A stretch of DNA of 64,000 nt from the NCBI RefSeq assembly GCF_009914755.1, contig NC_060931.1; one strand, given 5' to 3'. The position numbers were made by a program, and so were the translations under genes. Below, one piece after another: positions 44,440 to 59,868 of this stretch. The notes under the pieces were generated by a model. It ran no database searches. It had not been told where the DNA came from and was given only the letters and a program-made list of their open reading frames with translations. Numbering within the stretch: the first letter of the stretch is position 1; each line of letters opens with the position of its first letter. This DNA comes from the human T2T-CHM13v2.0 reference genome, Homo sapiens.

Positions 44440-45420
44440 GTCTCAATAGAGACGGTGTCAAAAACATCATTTCAAATGGAATTAATGATTCAAAAAACTA
44501 TGGATTAAATAATATTGCTAAAACTACTATAATTTTTAAATGTTAATTTTTATATTAAAAACAAAATATAGTTTATATAGAAAAACAACCATAAAGAATA
44601 AAGAAGTCTAAATAACAGAAAGCATAAAAAAGAAATAAAACTAATCATACTAATTGCAAGAATAAGTATAAATGGATTAAAGTCTGAGAGTTAAATAACA
44701 AAGACTTTTAAAATGCAATCACAGTTACTGCTTATAAGAGGCTTGAAACAAAATGAAACAGAAGAAAGCAAAGCAAAATTTTTTAGAGAACAAAGTTAAC
44801 TACATGGAGGAGGTTATATTAATTCTAAACAAGATCTAATTCAAGTAAAAAAAATATGAAGTAGGGTCATATTAACATTATTAAATTATATTATATTATA
44901 GAAAAATATGCCCCTGTATCCAAGAATCTTTATCTATATATACTTTATCTGTATCTTTATACAGTACCAACATGTATAAAGCCAAATAGTTCATATGCAT
45001 GAGAAATCAGAGGATGACTATTATGGAGGTTATTTCACTATATCACTTTCCATATCTGACAGTTTACTAGACAAATAAAAAAAGGTTATTGAGTATTTCA
45101 ATAATCTAGTAGATGTATAGAATTTTCTATCCTATCAAAGTCCCTACCCTACAAAGAGAGAATATACTATTCATTCAACTATTTATGAGACATTACAAAA
45201 ATTGTGGTAACAGTGAGACTTCTATGAGTCCATAAGAAAAATTCTTAAAATTTTCATAAAGCAGAAAGCATACAGTCTACATTCTCTAATACTAGAAAAT
45301 TATAAATAAAGAAATAAATTTTAAATTTGAAAAGCTATTCTTGGAAATTGACAAAAATCTCTTACATAACAAGTGTCAAAAAGAAAGCAAAAATCACAAT
45401 TAAGGATGGCAAAGAGAACT
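44440..45420 (+). mobile_element. Ancient L1M ORF2 (endonuclease-region) remnant
   Basis: Very A-rich with degraded L1 motifs (tataaatggattaaa; ctagtagatgtatagaatt; acattctctaat); boundaries approximate. Confidence 0.55.
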
Positions 45421-45518
45421 CTATATTCTGTTATTCCTACTTTTTGGTGGGGGTAGGGCTGTTTGAGTCATTGATTTCCCAACCAAAATGCTTGTAGGAA
45501 TTTTTAAAAATTTATCCT

Positions 45519-45918
45519 TGTATTAGGGATTTCCAGAGAAACAGAATCAATAGCATGTATGTGTGTGTATAAATATGCAGGGATAAAGAGATTTATTTTA
45601 AAGAATTGGTTTACATGAGCATGGCAGCTGTTAAGTCCAAATTCTGCAGCGCGAACTGGCAGGCAGAAGGCCCAGAGAAGAGCTGTAGCTTAAATCCAAA
45701 AGCAGTCTGCTGACAAAATTCTCTCCTTTTAGCAGGAGGTCAATCTTTTTTCTTAAGGCCTTCAACTGACTGGATAAGGTACAGCCACATTATGGATGGT
45801 AATCTGCTTTACTCAGAGTCCCATCCAAAAAATACCTGCGTAGAAACACCTGTGATGTTTGACCAAAGATCCAGGTACTATGGCCCACCCAAGTTGACAC
45901 ATGAAATTAACCATATCA
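45519..45918 (-). mobile_element. MLT2 (ERVL) solo LTR
   Basis: tgtattaggg..tccagagaaacagaa ... caagttgacacatgaaattaaccatatca; TSD atcct/attct. Confidence 0.85.
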
Positions 45919-48900
45919 ATTCTTATAATTCAAAACACTTGCCTGTATGTTCCTAGCTTTGGACTTCTTTTCAAAATAAGCCCTTCTTATCTGCATATGT
46001 GGAGAATTTTTCACATCAGAAGAGTGTTTTTATAATTATGTTGAATGCATTATTTAAAAAGAGATATTTGCAGAAGAAAAAGAAATTTGCTATAAAGCTC
46101 TGAAAAGAAGTCCACGCCTATAGCACACAGGGTGAGTCAGAGGGTGTGGTGAGAGAACAGAAACAGAAAACTGATAATCACTCAACAAGCCAAACAAAGC
46201 AAATGCCCTGGAATCTCCATTCTTCTTGCCCAGGGACAAAGGCTAATAAGGGATCTGGTGTTTCAAGGCTAGTATTTCATCCCCTGCACAGAAGAGGTCA
46301 TGAGCCGAACTACGTGCACAGTGTGAGAACACAGCATTTGCACCAAGGCTGGCCTCTCCCTCCATCCACTGCCCTCTCTCTGGGTCAGGCCTGGGCTATG
46401 TCTGGCCTTCATCACTGCAGGAGCCTCGGAAATGTACTCTCTGACAAGTCATTGAGTGTAGCCAGGGAAGTGTCAGATTAATGCTGATATGTCAGGTCAA
46501 GTCAGGCAGCAATATTTCTCTGTGTCTTACAGGAAAAGTCCAAGCTCTTTAGCTGCACCCTAGATCTGCAGTAATCCAGACCTCGGCCTGGCCAGCTGGT
46601 TGACCATTTTCCTGTCCATGAGTCCTCATTCTATTCACTGGTCTGTCTATTCAGTGTACCCCAAGTGTGTGTTATACATTCATGCCTGAAACTCCCATCC
46701 CTTTTTTCTCCTCTTCTGCAGGTCTCTATGCCCTTCCCAAACCTTCAGACCTTCAGACCTAGCTTGGTGCTTTTCCTTGAGCATCCTAGCTCACATCCTA
46801 GTGAGACCGCTCCTGGGGCTGCCGCTGCTGGCACAGATGGGTGGGGCTCATAGCACATCCCTAAACCAGGCGCTGTGCTAGGTGTTTCCTTGTGGATTCT
46901 TTCATTTCTTATTACATCTACACAACAATCCTGTGTGGCAGGTGTTGATATCGTAGTGGCAAGTGGTAGAAACCCCAACTCAAACTGGATTCACACATGA
47001 AAAGGTGATTATTTCATTTAAATGAAAAGTCTAGGGAAAGACATGGCTCTAGTGATGCACTGGGAACTTTCTCCGTCTCTCAGCTCAGCTTCCACAGAGC
47101 AGCTCTTTTCTAGGTTTAGAGAGAGGCTGCAGAAGCTTCTAGCTCTCAACTCTATCACCTGGACAGCAGAAGGCAGCCTGACTCTTTCCCAGGCTTCTCA
47201 GCAAAGTCTCATTCTGTCTCCGTGGTTACAAACAGGTCATTTGGCCATCTCTGAGTCAATCATTGTGACCAGAGGAATAGGATTGGTGATTGGCTTTGCC
47301 CAGTTTCATGGGTCCTGCTCCCTCAAAGGACCCATGCTAACACAGGGGAAAGAAGTGGTTCTGACAAGAGAACTAGAATTGCTGGAAAACTACAAACCAC
47401 ACGTCATGTTGGTGTCCATGAAACATTTTGACAGTGAAAGAATTTCTGCGCACTAAAAATAAAATGGGTTCTGCTGTCTCGACAGCGTGGGGAATATCTT
47501 CAATAAGTTTGAAAGAGCGAGAACCAACTGGAGGTTGGCCACCAGCAAGTATTTTCTGGAGTTGTCTTCGGTTGGACCAGAAGATGAAACATGAACTCCG
47601 TTTCCAAATCAACTTATAAAGCATCATCTAAAGCCTTCTAAAATGAGATTATATTTTAATGTGGGAACTAGTGCAAAAATGGACTTAAAGTTTGGTCATT
47701 TTCTTCAAAGAATTACCTGACTGGTAATCTGTGTGAGATCTTTTCAATTCGTCCCAGGCTACTGTGATATGGTGGTATCAGAGTTCCTGCTGAGTAACTT
47801 TTCTTCGAGAGGTTGGCTACTTAGCATAGGGCAATTGTAAAGCAAACTTGCATGCCTCGGGCTTTGCTGGTGACTGTGACTATGAGCTGGCAGTTGTTTC
47901 TTTTCTTGTGTGTGCTTCAGCTTCCAACTCACTCAGCACTTTTTGTAGGTCTTGAGTCAGTCTTTATCACACTAAACAATTTCTCATCTTGGCTTTGCAA
48001 ATTGCTCTTCAAAACTAATAGTAAATTAACCTCTGCAAGAAAGCACATGAACTAATTCACATGTCCGTGGGCCAGGCTCCACCTGAATTATTGCAGAAAT
48101 GCAAAAGAAGTTTTTTATATCATAATTGTATCACTAATAGCATGGTGTCAGGCCCTGGACTAAGCTCTTTATGTGATCTCACCTCTTTTATACAGGTGCT
48201 CTCTGAGGTACGTACCTAACTTGGCTCCACCTAACAGATGAAGGAACTGAAGTTAGGAGAGATTGTCAGTTACCCAAGGCCACAAGGTTAATATTCAGAC
48301 CCAGACTGTCTAGCTTCTGGCTCCTTAACAAACATTCTAAAACAATGAGTTATCAGGCTTTTGAGACAATGAATACACACGAAAACAACAACATCAATAG
48401 AAAGGGGAGAATAATGGGGAACGAAAGGAGCACTTTGATTATTCACGCACTGGTACAGTGAGGCGTATTTTCCCCCAATCTCAGGAGAATACAGTACTTC
48501 ATGCTTTTAGACTGAGTTAATGGCAGATATTTAGTTAGGTGGTTGCAAGGGTATCATATTCTCAAAGTGGCGAGTTCTCGGAAGGTTGACTTCTTTTCAG
48601 TTTTTGCCCTCTGTGGCCCATGCAGTGAATGCCTAACCTCTCCTCTCCACCCCAGTACTGAGGAGGTGAAATCTGCAGGTGTTGGCTTAAAAGGCAGGAA
48701 TGTTTATTTCGTACCTTAAGTGGCCACAGCCTCTTCTTCCTGTACCTACCTGCAGCCCCGAGTTCAGACCACCAAGTGGATGGGGTGTGGGTAAAGACAG
48801 CCAGGAAGCTTGTCACAGCTGGGTCTGTTTTTTATATTTATAGGAAACAAGGTGGCTTCAGAAAGGACCCTGACGGTCTGGGAGACCCTCTTGCTCGGTT

Positions 48901-49741
48901 CAGGGCACGCTTCCTCCCCTAGAATCCTAACAGGCAGTCCTATCCTTGGTCTGTATCTTCCCAGAGACAGACAGCTCACTATCTTGAAGAATTAACCTTG
49001 AGCCTAAAAAGTTCTCATGTCCCATGAATCGCTTCTGCCTCAGCATTTTCAGAGTGAAGAACAATAAGGACGGGTACCTTCCCTCATACTCCAGACCTTT
49101 TAGTGACCCTAGGCTGTGTTCTCAGTCATCCGACCTCCGCAACGCAGGGAGGAGACGGTATCTTGGATAGTTGAAAGGCAACTGGGTGTGGTTTGTTTAT
49201 CTCTGGCATTCACAAGCTGGGCAGCTGGTGCCTTCACCTGCTCTGTGGACACAGCCCTCAAAGCCTCTTGGTTTGCAAAGGAAAGGCAGTCTCTCTTTCA
49301 GTGTTTTTGTTTGTTTGCTCCTTAGCATGAGAAATTAAAATAAAGCCCTCCTTTTTTAGTTGAATATTAACCCACTTCCCCTTTCCTTTTCCCCATCATG
49401 CTTTTATTCTGTCCTTCTCTGACCATCACTCAGTCTCTCTCTTCGGAGGGATCCTTCCTTTTTTGCTTGTCTTTCACTCTCCTTGTCTCTTTCCTCTTCT
49501 TTGTACCTGTCTCTTTCCACGGACTACATTCCGTATTACTTATCCTGCAGGTCTAGATGGAATGTGTGCCTTGTTCCTAGAGTAATGGCAGTGCCAATTA
49601 TTCATCCCAAAATGACTGGGCTTAAGCCAATTGGAGTGGAATCCACAGATTGAGTCACCAACACTTAGGCAAGCGTTGAGGAGACGGAATGGTGGTAAAT
49701 TCCAGGATGCTTTTAGGCGGCAAAGGAAGGAGTCCCCAAAT

Positions 49742-49760
49742 TAGTGCCACCTAGCGGTTT
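49742..49760 (-). promoter_or_regulatory. Strong CTCF motif
   Basis: Minus strand AAACCGCTAGGTGGCACTA matches the CC(A/G)SYAGRKGGCRSYA core. Confidence 0.6.
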
Positions 49761-50173
49761 GCTAGAGTAAGGTCTGCAGCCCAGGTCATCGAACGCACAG
49801 AGGAAGGTAATGTTTGGTTTTGTAAATATATTCTTCTTCCATGGCATGGCAGTCCCTGTGCCCTGCAAAGTGTTTTGTCATGATCTTGTTGAATCCTCAC
49901 ATATTGTAATCTCCCTGGAGTGAGGCACCGAGGGATGAAATAATGAGTGGGACTGGGATTCTAACCCTTGCTCCAAAGCTATTAATAGTACTCTTTCCAC
50001 AACACACACGAAGGAAACTAGAAAGCTACAGAGATGCAGTTTGTACAATTTGGACACCAGAATTTAGCAGGAGTAATACTTTCTCATGATTTTGAGTAGA
50101 TGCCAAGATGTTCAGAAATGATGTAAGAGAAAGGTTTCATAAATTTAAAGTTGGACAGTAGTGCATGTTTTAG

Positions 50174-50620
<447 letters not shown>

Positions 50621-51809
50621 TGTGTTCAGCTCTTTTTTCCATCAACAGTGAAAAGAAAATACCACCTCCACCATTGTGGTTTTTGAGATTATTGAAGTCA
50701 ATTAAATGTCAACATTTACCAAAAAATAACCAAAAAAAGATAGGCTGCTTTAGATGAAATAGCATTGAAGTTTATTAAACTTAGACAACAGAAGACTCTT
50801 GTGTAAATCCACATAAACAAAACCAGAAGTTCCCTCAGAAGACCCTCACCCGGATGTACAGGTGGAGTCTAGTGGTCTTTGAACTAAATGTGAGAATCAC
50901 TGGGCCAGAGGCCTGGCCTGAGTGTAAGAAAGAGGTTAAGAATGGATTCTGTGAACTTCCAGGTTGCCATGAAGGTCTCTCAAAGGCTTTTGCCTCAGGG
51001 CCCGTCTCTCTGTGGCCCTGAGGAGAAGTAGCCTTCTGCGCAGCTGCCAACCAGGCCCTGGGAGGCACAGAAAGGGTTCTTTCTCACATCTAGCCTCACA
51101 GGGGCCCTGCTAGACCCCACAGGACATATTTATGGCTGTCCTCTTTCCTGCTATGAGGGGAAGAGAAGTCTTCCTCATTGTGCTTGTGTTGATAGCCTAG
51201 CACCCTGGACCCAGCACTTGGCTTTACTTGGAAAGAAAATTTATCTGTTGGTCGTGTGAAAAATTCCTCTAGATGGACTTCACTGGGGCTCTGGTTTTCT
51301 GGGACTCCCTACCTGAGTGAAGAGAGAGGTCACTTCTCTTCTACCAAAGTAGAAAACACTTTGATATGTAATGAAATGGAGGTTACTGGGTAACTTCCTC
51401 TTTCTAAATCTCAGTGAAATTCAGTCCTGGTTTATTAATAATCCCATAATGCTTCACTTCAGATTAACTGACACTTGAAATGATGCTCTCTAATTTCTCA
51501 CTAGGGTATGAGAGACAGAGAAGTTGAGAGAAAAAGATTAATAGAGAGAGACAAACAGACAATGACAGAGAGAAAACCCAAAGACAGTAATTCAACTGAC
51601 TCATGAGTTCAGCTGAGTTATTATTTTTAATGTTTTTTGCAGGAACAAACATCAAGAAAATGTTTTGCAACTCCTTCAATCTTCCAGGCAACGATTGCTA
51701 AGTGTCCATGTTGAAAATTCATTGAGATGGGTTCATCCACCTGGTCACCTGGTGCATCAGCAGCTGATTAATAAATCCTTGAGCAACTCTTTGGTAAACC
51801 CTCCATGTA

Positions 51810-52036
51810 AGGAAAAGGTAAGAGAGAGAAAGAAAGAGAAAGGGAAGAGGGAATAGAGAAAGGAGAGATGGGGAAAATGTGGAGGGAGAGAAGTGAGAGA
51901 GTCGTAGGTTGGAGGAAGAAAGAGAAGGGGAAATGCAGAGAAAAAGGAAGATAAGAGAAAGTGAGGAAGGGAAAAAAGACAGAAAGAGATGCTGAGAGAG
52001 AAGACAAAATGAAAAGAAACAAAGAGAACAAAGAAG
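51810..52036 (+). repeat. GA-rich low-complexity polypurine tract
   Basis: Nearly all A/G over ~225 nt. Confidence 0.85.
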
Positions 52037-53744
52037 CCCATGGTATCCATCTTTCCAGCTGTCTCCCTAAGCAAACTTGCTTGCAGCAGCCCCTGGCAAG
52101 GCCCCGGTGCCCTAGTTGCATGATAATGAAGTCAGAGTGGCCGGGAGTCTCTGTGCTCTGGAGGGCTGGGCTGTCTCTGATTTCACAGCCTGGCTGGCCA
52201 AGCCCAGCCACTGGGGGCCACTGGGAGCAGACATGTTGCCTGGCATCTGCTGCATGGCCTTCTCTTATTCTCTCTGGGTCTGACACGCCCTCATGGGCTG
52301 CAGGATGGACAGTTCATGGGAAGGCAGTGAGAAATCCCACAGGAAAGTAGGAGTGGGTCTTGGGTTTCCAGCTAAACTGTCAATGTCATGAGAACCTCGG
52401 TAGGAGTGTTGGATGTCTAGCCCTTGGGAGGACAGCAAAGAGGGGGGAATACAATTGAGAGGCTGACCAAAGAGAAGCTTCTGGGCTTTGCTGTCTCTGT
52501 TTTCTCCCAGTGAATAAGAACTCTTTTCCCCTTTAATTTGCTTTGCCAAAATTGAGGACAGATGCTGCTCCATGGTGATTCATGTGGAAACAAGAACTTT
52601 TCTCTTCTTTCTTCCCACGCTGCCCCCTGGCCACCACAATTTACAAGAAAGATTGGCTCAAGCCTTTTAAAAGTTTAATAGAAATCCAAAGTTGACTGTG
52701 AATCAGAGAAAACAAAAGACATTAAAAAGGAGAGAGGTTAAAGAAGAGAGAGAGAGAGATTTTTTTAAAGGGTCAGGAGACACAGAATATTTACATTTCA
52801 GGTACCAGCTTTAGCCACACAGCCAATAATGTGAAAACAGAGAAGAGCCAATTGTTTTTCACCTCTTTCTCTTTTGTGCACTAAATCTCAAGCAACTATC
52901 TCATCAGAATCCTAACATTTCCAAGCTGAAAAGATCCTCAGAGATCATGTATTCATTTTAAGCTTCTCATTTTCAGGATACAAAACATGAGGCCAGGGAG
53001 TTAAATCCCTTCTCCCAGGCTGAGCAGCTTTTCCATAATATTGGCAGCTGAGCGGGACACACCTTGAGTTGCACAGACCCAGGCAGCTGAATGGGTCAGT
53101 GGAGCAATGACAATGGGGTTGAATTCCCGCAGAGACCACTTTCTGCATTTGGATACAAAGGGAAGAAGGGAGGGTATAGCCTATTCTCATGAGCTTTTCT
53201 CTTAGTAGCAGAACATTGTGGGAATCTGCCTGTACTTTTTTAGTTCCGCCATATTATTTTACCCAGCACTGTTATCAGGTGCTAATGGAGGTACAGAAAG
53301 AAAGAGAGGTATTTGGTGGTCTATAGATCCCTCTGTGGCCATGGAGACACTAGCACCACTTTCTCCACCATTGATCTCGAGGAAGTTGTCTATTATTTCT
53401 GGCCTCAGTTTCCTCATCTGTAAATTGAACTCTGGAATTCCTATTTGGGCAGTATTTCTGTAAGTTGACATTAATCCAGGGCATAGCATTATAATTGTCA
53501 CATAAATATTAAGCATTTAATCTTGGTGCCAGTTACTTTTCTTAGACAATGTTGTAAGACCTGTTTTTGTTTCCTGGGCAATAAATGCCTGTTGAATGAA
53601 GAAATGAATGAATTTTTAAATTCCTAATGCTGAGTCATTCCAAATTGTTCTCCAGTGTTCGCTTTTAGTGACCTTGAATATAACTAGCATTCTTTCTGCT
53701 TTTAGTGTTTTCTCACAAATAAGTTTGGCAGATGACAAAAATTC

Positions 53745-54054
<310 letters not shown>

Positions 54055-54819
54055 TGAGAATTGGGTAAAGGTCAGTCAGCCTTCACTGGCTCCTATCTCC
54101 CTGGGAGTAAAAGCCAAAGTCATGACAATGCCTACAAGGCCACACAGGATCCACATGGCTATCACTCTGACCCCACTGCCTGCTGCTCTTCCCCTCCACT
54201 ATCCCTAATCAAGTCACTCTCCTACTTGCTCTACCTTGGACAGCCCAGGCAGGCCTCCACCCCAGGGCCTTTGCACTTGCTGTTCCCCCAGCCGGGACTT
54301 CTAGTCCTCCATGTGATCTTCTCCCTCACTTTTGCATCTCAGCAGTTCCTCTCAGGAACATCAGATTTAAAATGGTTCCTCCTTACCCACTGCCCCAGCA
54401 CTCTGTTTGCAGCTGCAGTTCTCAGCTCCACCTGCTATACCATGTAATTGACTTATTATCTTGTTGATTGTCTGTCTTCCTTCTCCTAGAATGTAAGTTC
54501 CATGGAGGCAGATAATTTTGTCCATTTTGTCATGGCCATTTCCCCAGTACCCAGCACAGTACTTAGCAGACAGTAGATGCTCAATGTGTTTGTTAAATTA
54601 GCAAATCTTGTAATTATGCACTGCTTTATTTCTCACTCAAAACCTTAAAAAATGAAATAAAGAAAGAGAAAAGGAAAGAAGCAGGGCTGGTTCCCATTGA
54701 TTAAATGGTTCCTATGTGCTCGTTGTAAGTACTTTACATGTATTTATTCATTTACTGCTCAACAGCTGTATGAATGAAAGCCTGTGAGTTCCATCTCCTT
54801 GGCTGTTTCCTCTGAACAC

Positions 54820-56210
<1,391 letters not shown>

Positions 56211-56831
56211 GTCATTGATGGGTTGGAAAACTGAGGCAAAAAGAGGCAAATTATCTCACTCCAGGCTCTCTCCCCTGTCAGAGTGCTTTTAATGTGGGAT
56301 CTCATTTGTTCTTCTCGGCAACTCTGTGAGTTAAGGATGGGCAGGCCTAACCCCATATAACAGATGAGGAAACTGAGGTCCAGACTTCTAAGGTTATCAT
56401 CCTCAAAGGAAACCCTAGGCTGTGCCAGAAGCCTACATTCCTCTTATGTACTTTTTTCACTTTCTTCAACCCTCAAACATGTGTTTTAGGTCTCATATTT
56501 AAAAAATTATATTCTCAAACCACTCCCTTTCATGTCAAAGATGAAGTTGCCTGGGTCTAATACATTTGTGCCACCAGAGGAACAAGGGAAATGCATGTCC
56601 TTTTTGCTCCAAATAACCTGAAATCCCTTCTCCCTATTCTGGGATTCCTCAGGCCTCAGATAATGAATCGATATGACTGGTGGAGAATCTTTGGTAATGT
56701 TAACATTTACCTAGTGAAAGCAGAAAGTGCTATCCAAAATGACATGCTAAGATTCTTTCTAGTTTAGCAAGTTCATGATCTATTTGCTGTTTATTTGTTC
56801 ATTTTATTAAACATTTATTGTGTCTACCAGG

Positions 56832-56933
56832 TAGGGTGAGCAACCATTACTGTGCCCAGGACTGAGGGATGCAAGACTTCCAATGCTAAAAACTCAAAAG
56901 TTTCAGCCAAACCAGAATGAGACGATTATCCTA
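56832..56933. mobile_element. MER81-like hAT MITE
   Basis: TAGGGTGA.CAACC...tgcccaggactgaggg...gacttccaatgctaaaa...ATCCTA. Confidence 0.6.
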
Positions 56934-56976
56934 ATAGTCTGTGCTTTTTTGGTTTTTACTTTTTTTTTTAATGCTG

Positions 56977-57640
56977 TTGTGTTAGACTGAACAATGGCCC
57001 TCTAAAATGCCCACGTTGTAACCTCTGAAACCTGTGAACACATTATCTTCTGTGGTAAAAGGGACTATGCAGATAAGTTAAGGATCCTGAGATGAGATTA
57101 TCCTGCATTATCTTGATGGGCTCAGTGTGACCACAGGGAACCTTAGAGTCGAAGACAGAAGGCAATGGGATGATGGAGGCAGGTAGAGGGAAGGCAATGG
57201 CTATGGAACAGAGGTTGGAGTGATGATGCGTTTTGATGATGGAGGAAGAGGCCACAGCCCAAGGAATGTGGGCACCTGTAGAAGCTGGTAAAAGCAAGAA
57301 AACAGGTTCTCCTCTGCAGCCTGAAGAAGGAATGGAGCCTTGCCAACACCTTGATTTTAGGATTCTGACTTCCAGAAATGTAAGAAAATTAACTCATGAT
57401 ATAACCTAGCAACATCTCATTGTATCCCTCGGACTTCTGTGCTTTTAAGGAAGGACCCATGTGATTAAATGGGGCCCACCAAATAATCCAGGGTAATCTC
57501 CCTAGTTTAAGGTCAGCTAATTAGCTACCTTAATTCCATCCTCAAACTCAATTCCCCTTTGCCATGTAAGGTAACATCTTCACGGGTCTTGGCAATTAGA
57601 AAATTAAAATGTAGACATCTTGGGGGGCCATTATGACTCT
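56977..57640. mobile_element. MLT1C/D LTR (+, ~56977-57400) abutting an inverted MLT1 fragment (-, ~57410-57640)
   Basis: aatggccc.ctaaaatg...gagatgagattatcctgcattatc...gccaacaccttgatttt, then reverse motifs ataatccagggtaatctcc..tttaaggtcagc. Confidence 0.7.
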
Positions 57641-58990
57641 CATACCCAGCAATCCTAAGCAAGTGCTATTTGTCCAAAAAAGAGGAAATTTATGTTCAAA
57701 TGAAAACACACCTGTGAATATTTATAGCATCATTATGTGTTATTGCCAAAAACTGGAAACAACCCAAATGTGCATCCATTGGAGAATAGATTTTTTTTTA
57801 AAAAAAAAACTGTATCTATACATGGAATACTACTTTGCTAAATATGAATGAACTATTGATATATGCAGCAACTTGGATGACTCTCATGCATTATGCTGAA
57901 TGAAAGAAGCCAGACTCAAAGGCTATGTAACATATGATTCCATTTAGATGATATTCTGAAAAAGTAAGACTATATAGACAGCAAATAGATAAGGTTGCTA
58001 CAAAGGGACTTGAAGGAACATTTAGGGACAATGGAAATATTCTACATCTTGACTGTGGTGATGGGTTCATGACTATATGAGTTTGTCAAAACCTATAGAA
58101 CTGTGTAGTAAAAATACAGAAGGAATTCCAATTAATGAATGTAGAAGAAATGGGGGAAATAAAGAAATCATCTTTAGAACACCAGTATAATAATTAACAT
58201 ATTAAATATTAAAATTTGTGGGCAAAACTTTAAAGAAAAACAAGAGAGTTGCATAGCCTCAAAGTATCTCGTTCATGATATTTTCAGCTACTGTGGTAGT
58301 TTTAACACATGTCACAGTTATTTCTGTAGATAGATACTTCTTCCTCCAAAACGTGAGACTTCATTCCCTTGCCGTTGAGTGTGGGCTGAACTTAGTGATT
58401 TGTTGACTAATACGTATGGAAAGGGAAAAACCTAACTTTGCACTAGAGAAACCTGGAAGAAACCACCTTGACCAAGTGATCAAGGTTAATATGACCAGTG
58501 AAAACTCCTGGTGATATCACGTGCCCCCGATAGGATGCAGGGAGAAGGGCACATACCTCTGTGGTATTCTTCCTCCAAATCCATGACCTCAGCTTGATCA
58601 TAAGAAAATATCAGACATACCTGAGGGACATTCTACAAAATACCGGAATAATGCTCTTTCAAAGTGCCAAGATCTTGAAAAACAAGGAAAAAAACAGAAT
58701 TTTTCGCAGATTGAAGAAGTCTAAGGAGACATGTCAAGTAAATACAAATATGATTTCCTAGTTTGGATCTTTGAACAAAGGACATTGGTGGAAAAACTGG
58801 CAGAATCCAAAGGAAGTCTATAGTTTAGTTAGTAAAATGCCAATGCCGATTTCTTCGTTTTGATAAATGTACCACAGTTAAGTTTAAATGTTAACATTAG
58901 GGGAAGCTAAAGAAGAATAGACAGGAACTCTATGTGCTATCTTTACAACTCTTTTGTAAATCTAAAACAATTTCAAAATTTAAAAAATTT
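57640..58990 (+). mobile_element. L1MC/MD-type 3' end
   Basis: ccaaaaactggaaacaacccaaatg...tgaaagaagccagactcaaa...gagggacattctacaaaatac...ggaactct..gtgctatcttt.caact...gtaaatctaaaa. Confidence 0.8.
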
Positions 58991-59313
58991 TGAAATATAA
59001 ACAAGTAAACATTTAAAAAATGTCACCAGGTGATTCTGATGAGCCAGTAGCATTAAGAAGCCCTAGGGAAAAGCAGAAATCTGAGCTGAGTCACATAGTG
59101 ATAAAATACCATTAGCCATTTGAGGGAAACGATGACAAGTTAGTTACCGTAACTGTTTTCCACAGCGAACATAATAAGGGATGGTGGAAAACGAGGAAAG
59201 AGAGGTACCTGGGTCAGATTATGAAGTCTTTTATACCACACAGGATAAGAGCTTAGTCCCTTACACTGTTGGCCTTGAGACGCCATTACAATTTTTAAAG
59301 CAGGGTGTAGCTG

Positions 59314-59868
59314 TGTTACTGGAAAGGGGTCTCAATCCAGACCCCAAGAGAGGATTCTTGGATCTCACGCAAGAAAGAAGTCAGGGCAAGTCCACAGAGT
59401 AAAGTGAAAGCCAGTTTATTAGGAAAGTAAAACAATAAAAGAATGGCTACTCCATAGACAGAGCAGCCCCAAGGGCTGCTGGTTGCCCATTTTTATGGTT
59501 ATTTCTTGATGATATGCTAAACAAGGGGTGGATTATTCATGCCTCCCCTTTTCAGACCATATAGGGCAACTTTCTGATGTTGCCATGGCATTTGTAAACT
59601 GTCATGGCACTGGTGGGAGTGTAGCAGTGAGGACGACCAGAGATCACTCTTGTCGCCATCTTGGTTTGGGTGGGTTTTAGCTGGCTTCTTTACTGCACCC
59701 TGTTTCATCAGCAAGCTCTTTATGACCTGTATGTTGTGCTGAACTCCTGTATCATCCTGTGACTTAGAATGTCTTAACCATCCGGTAATGCAGCCCAGTA
59801 GGTCTCAGCATCATTTTTACCCAGCCCTTATTCAAGATGGAGTTGCTGTGGTTCAAACACCTCTGAAA
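59314..59868 (-). mobile_element. MER41A solo LTR (ERV1)
   Basis: 555 bp; ends TGTTAC.GGAAAGGGGTC...CCTCTGA(A)A; ggggaggcatgaataatcc junction without GAS motifs. Confidence 0.88.

Noticed and set aside
47022-47456. 144-aa ORF
   Set aside because: Lies over MLT1-like LTR sequence and has no recognisable motif
51757-52350. 105-172 aa ORFs, including hydrophobic Phe/Leu/Ser-rich ones
   Set aside because: Artefacts of the GA-rich low-complexity tract
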